Positions 62,393-64,000 of a DNA stretch of 64,000 nt are shown here, in pieces. Numbering within the stretch: the first letter of the stretch is position 1; every line of letters starts with the position of its first letter. The translations under genes were made by a program, and so were the position numbers. Under the pieces are notes generated by a model that had not been told where the DNA came from, ran no database searches, and worked only from the letters and a program-made list of their open reading frames with translations. Source of the DNA: Octopus sinensis (taxonomy: Eukaryota); the NCBI RefSeq assembly GCF_006345805.1, contig NC_043006.1, positions 38,130,001 through 38,194,000 on the forward strand. Reading direction: 5' to 3'.

Positions 62393-63224
62393 ACACATGC
62401 ATCCCACAGTAAGGTTAGGTGGACCTGTGAGCTGACTCGGTGTATTTACACCTACTTGTCAACAGTGAGAAATTTTCTGTGACGAAATTCAGTCAATGAT
62501 TTTCTTACGATTTTGAATATTCCTCAAGCATATAAGAACTGGTAACACGTTTGTATGTGTGTGTGAGTGTGTGTGTGCGTGTGTGTGTGTGTGTGGTGGA
62601 GGTGTATGTGTGCGTGCGTGTCTGTGCGTGTGCGTGTGTGCGTGTATACATGCATGCGTGCGTGTGTGTGTGTTGTTTTGTCCTATGGATATGAATATAA
62701 AATTTATCTACACAAAATGAAATTCACAGAACCCATCTAAAATATTGGAGAGTGGGGTGATTTATTACATATCTTAGTTCAATTCCACGTCGGCATTACC
62801 AATGAATCAGATTTGACCTGACGGTCTACGTCTTTGCTATGGTGTTACACGTGCAATCTTTCTTCTTCTTCTTCTTCAGGTTCAGTTGTAATTCCAATAC
62901 AAAACTTTGAAATGCAATTCAATGGTGTCAGTTCCAGAGCGATGAATGCCAGGTCATACATCCAAACAGAGGGAAATTATAGGTTTTCCTAACACGAACT
63001 ATCGATAAAACTATTCTTCTACTTATCGTCTGTTATTGATCATTTCATATTTTCTCAATGTTTCAACACAACTAAATTGGAAACATCCTATCTCAATATA
63101 TCAACGCTTTCTATAGATATAAGGTTAATGTTTCTAACTAGGCGCGGGTGTGGCTGTGTGATGGGAAGTTTGCTTCGTAACTACATGGTTCTGGGTTCAG
63201 TCCCACTGCGTGGTACCTTGCGCA

Positions 63225-63548
63225 AGGAAGGGGAGGAGGGGGAATAGGCAACTTCCTGAAAAGTTCCAAGGAAGGGGAGGAAGGGAAGGAGGGGGAATCG
63301 ACAACTTCCTCGAAATTTCCGAAGATGGGGAAGGCGGGGAGGAGGGTCATAGGCAAGTTACCTATTCCTATTCCTCCCCTCCTTCCCTTCGCCCTCCACC
63401 CCTTCGCCTCCTTCGCTCCCTTCCTCCCCTCCTCGGAACTTTCCAGGAAGTCATCTATTCCCCCTCCTCCCTTTCCTCATCTTCCTCGGATCAGTTGCCT
63501 GTTTTCCCCCTCCTCTCCTCCCTTTCCTCGGAATTTTCCAGGAAGTTG
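63225..63548. repeat. Palindromic block of module D inserted between SINE family A parts
   Basis: Purine-rich acttcct(g/c)(g/a)aa units at 63225-63350 face pyrimidine-rich ggaa(c/t)tttccaggaagt units at 63370-63548. SINE head at 63140-63222; inverted SINE tail at 63550-63770. Confidence 0.75.
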
Positions 63549-63771
63549 TCTACACAACCATGCCTCATGAGAACGAACCACAATGAACTGCGGCTATGCT
63601 GGGGCACCGCCTTGAAGAAATTTTAGTTGACTGGATTGACCCCAGGACTTATTTATTTCAAGCCTGACACTTATTCTATCGTCGTCTTTGGCTAAAACGG
63701 TACGTTACGGGAACGTAAACACACCAACACCAGTTGTCAAGCCGTGGGGGAGTAAACATAGACACAACACA

Positions 63772-63965
63772 CGACGGGATGCTGAAAAGTTCCTGGCTTT
63801 GGGTAACAGAAAATACAAAAAGATCCGTTAATTATGATTTTATTCAACATATTCCCCTCTCAGATTCATAAACTTATTGCAGCAGTCCTTCAGTTTTTCT
63901 AAGTCCTGTAAAAGCACTCGGAAGGTAGGGCCTCCAGCCTGGACTTTCGCGACAGCACCCCCTTG
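63772..63965. mobile_element. Mariner-derived MITE, same family as 28594-28810
   Basis: gatgctgaaaagttcctggctttgggtaa...gcacccccttgta; right part internally deleted. Confidence 0.7.
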
Positions 63966-64000
63966 TATATGGTTGAGACTGCTCGACGGGTTCTCGCAAC

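Overview
AT-rich, repeat-dense eukaryotic DNA. The SINE and LINE families look like those I recognise from octopus/cephalopod genomes; this is inference, not a database result. Only one host coding exon is supportable: a 147-nt minus-strand first coding exon (19609-19755) of a C7orf25/UPF0415 (DUF1308) homolog. Its candidate non-coding first exon(s) and promoter lie in a CpG-retaining island at about 34.9-36.1 kb, where the splice-donor block appears duplicated. The rest is mostly mobile DNA: four or five SINE-like families (dozens of copies), decayed piggyBac, mariner (DD34D-type) and maT (DD37D) transposases, hAT and mariner MITEs, Helitron-like ends, RLE/CR1/Tx1/RTE LINE fragments, and several Penelope-like elements including minimal hammerhead-ribozyme motifs. 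The most unusual structure is a foldback-like element at about 46.2-49.75 kb: long inverted arms built from tandem modules enclose a maT transposase remnant, and related modules recur at 42 kb and 63.2 kb. No tRNA/rRNA gene, CRISPR array or intact transposase ORF was found. Repeat boundaries are read by eye and are approximate to tens of bp unless a TSD or TIR is quoted.
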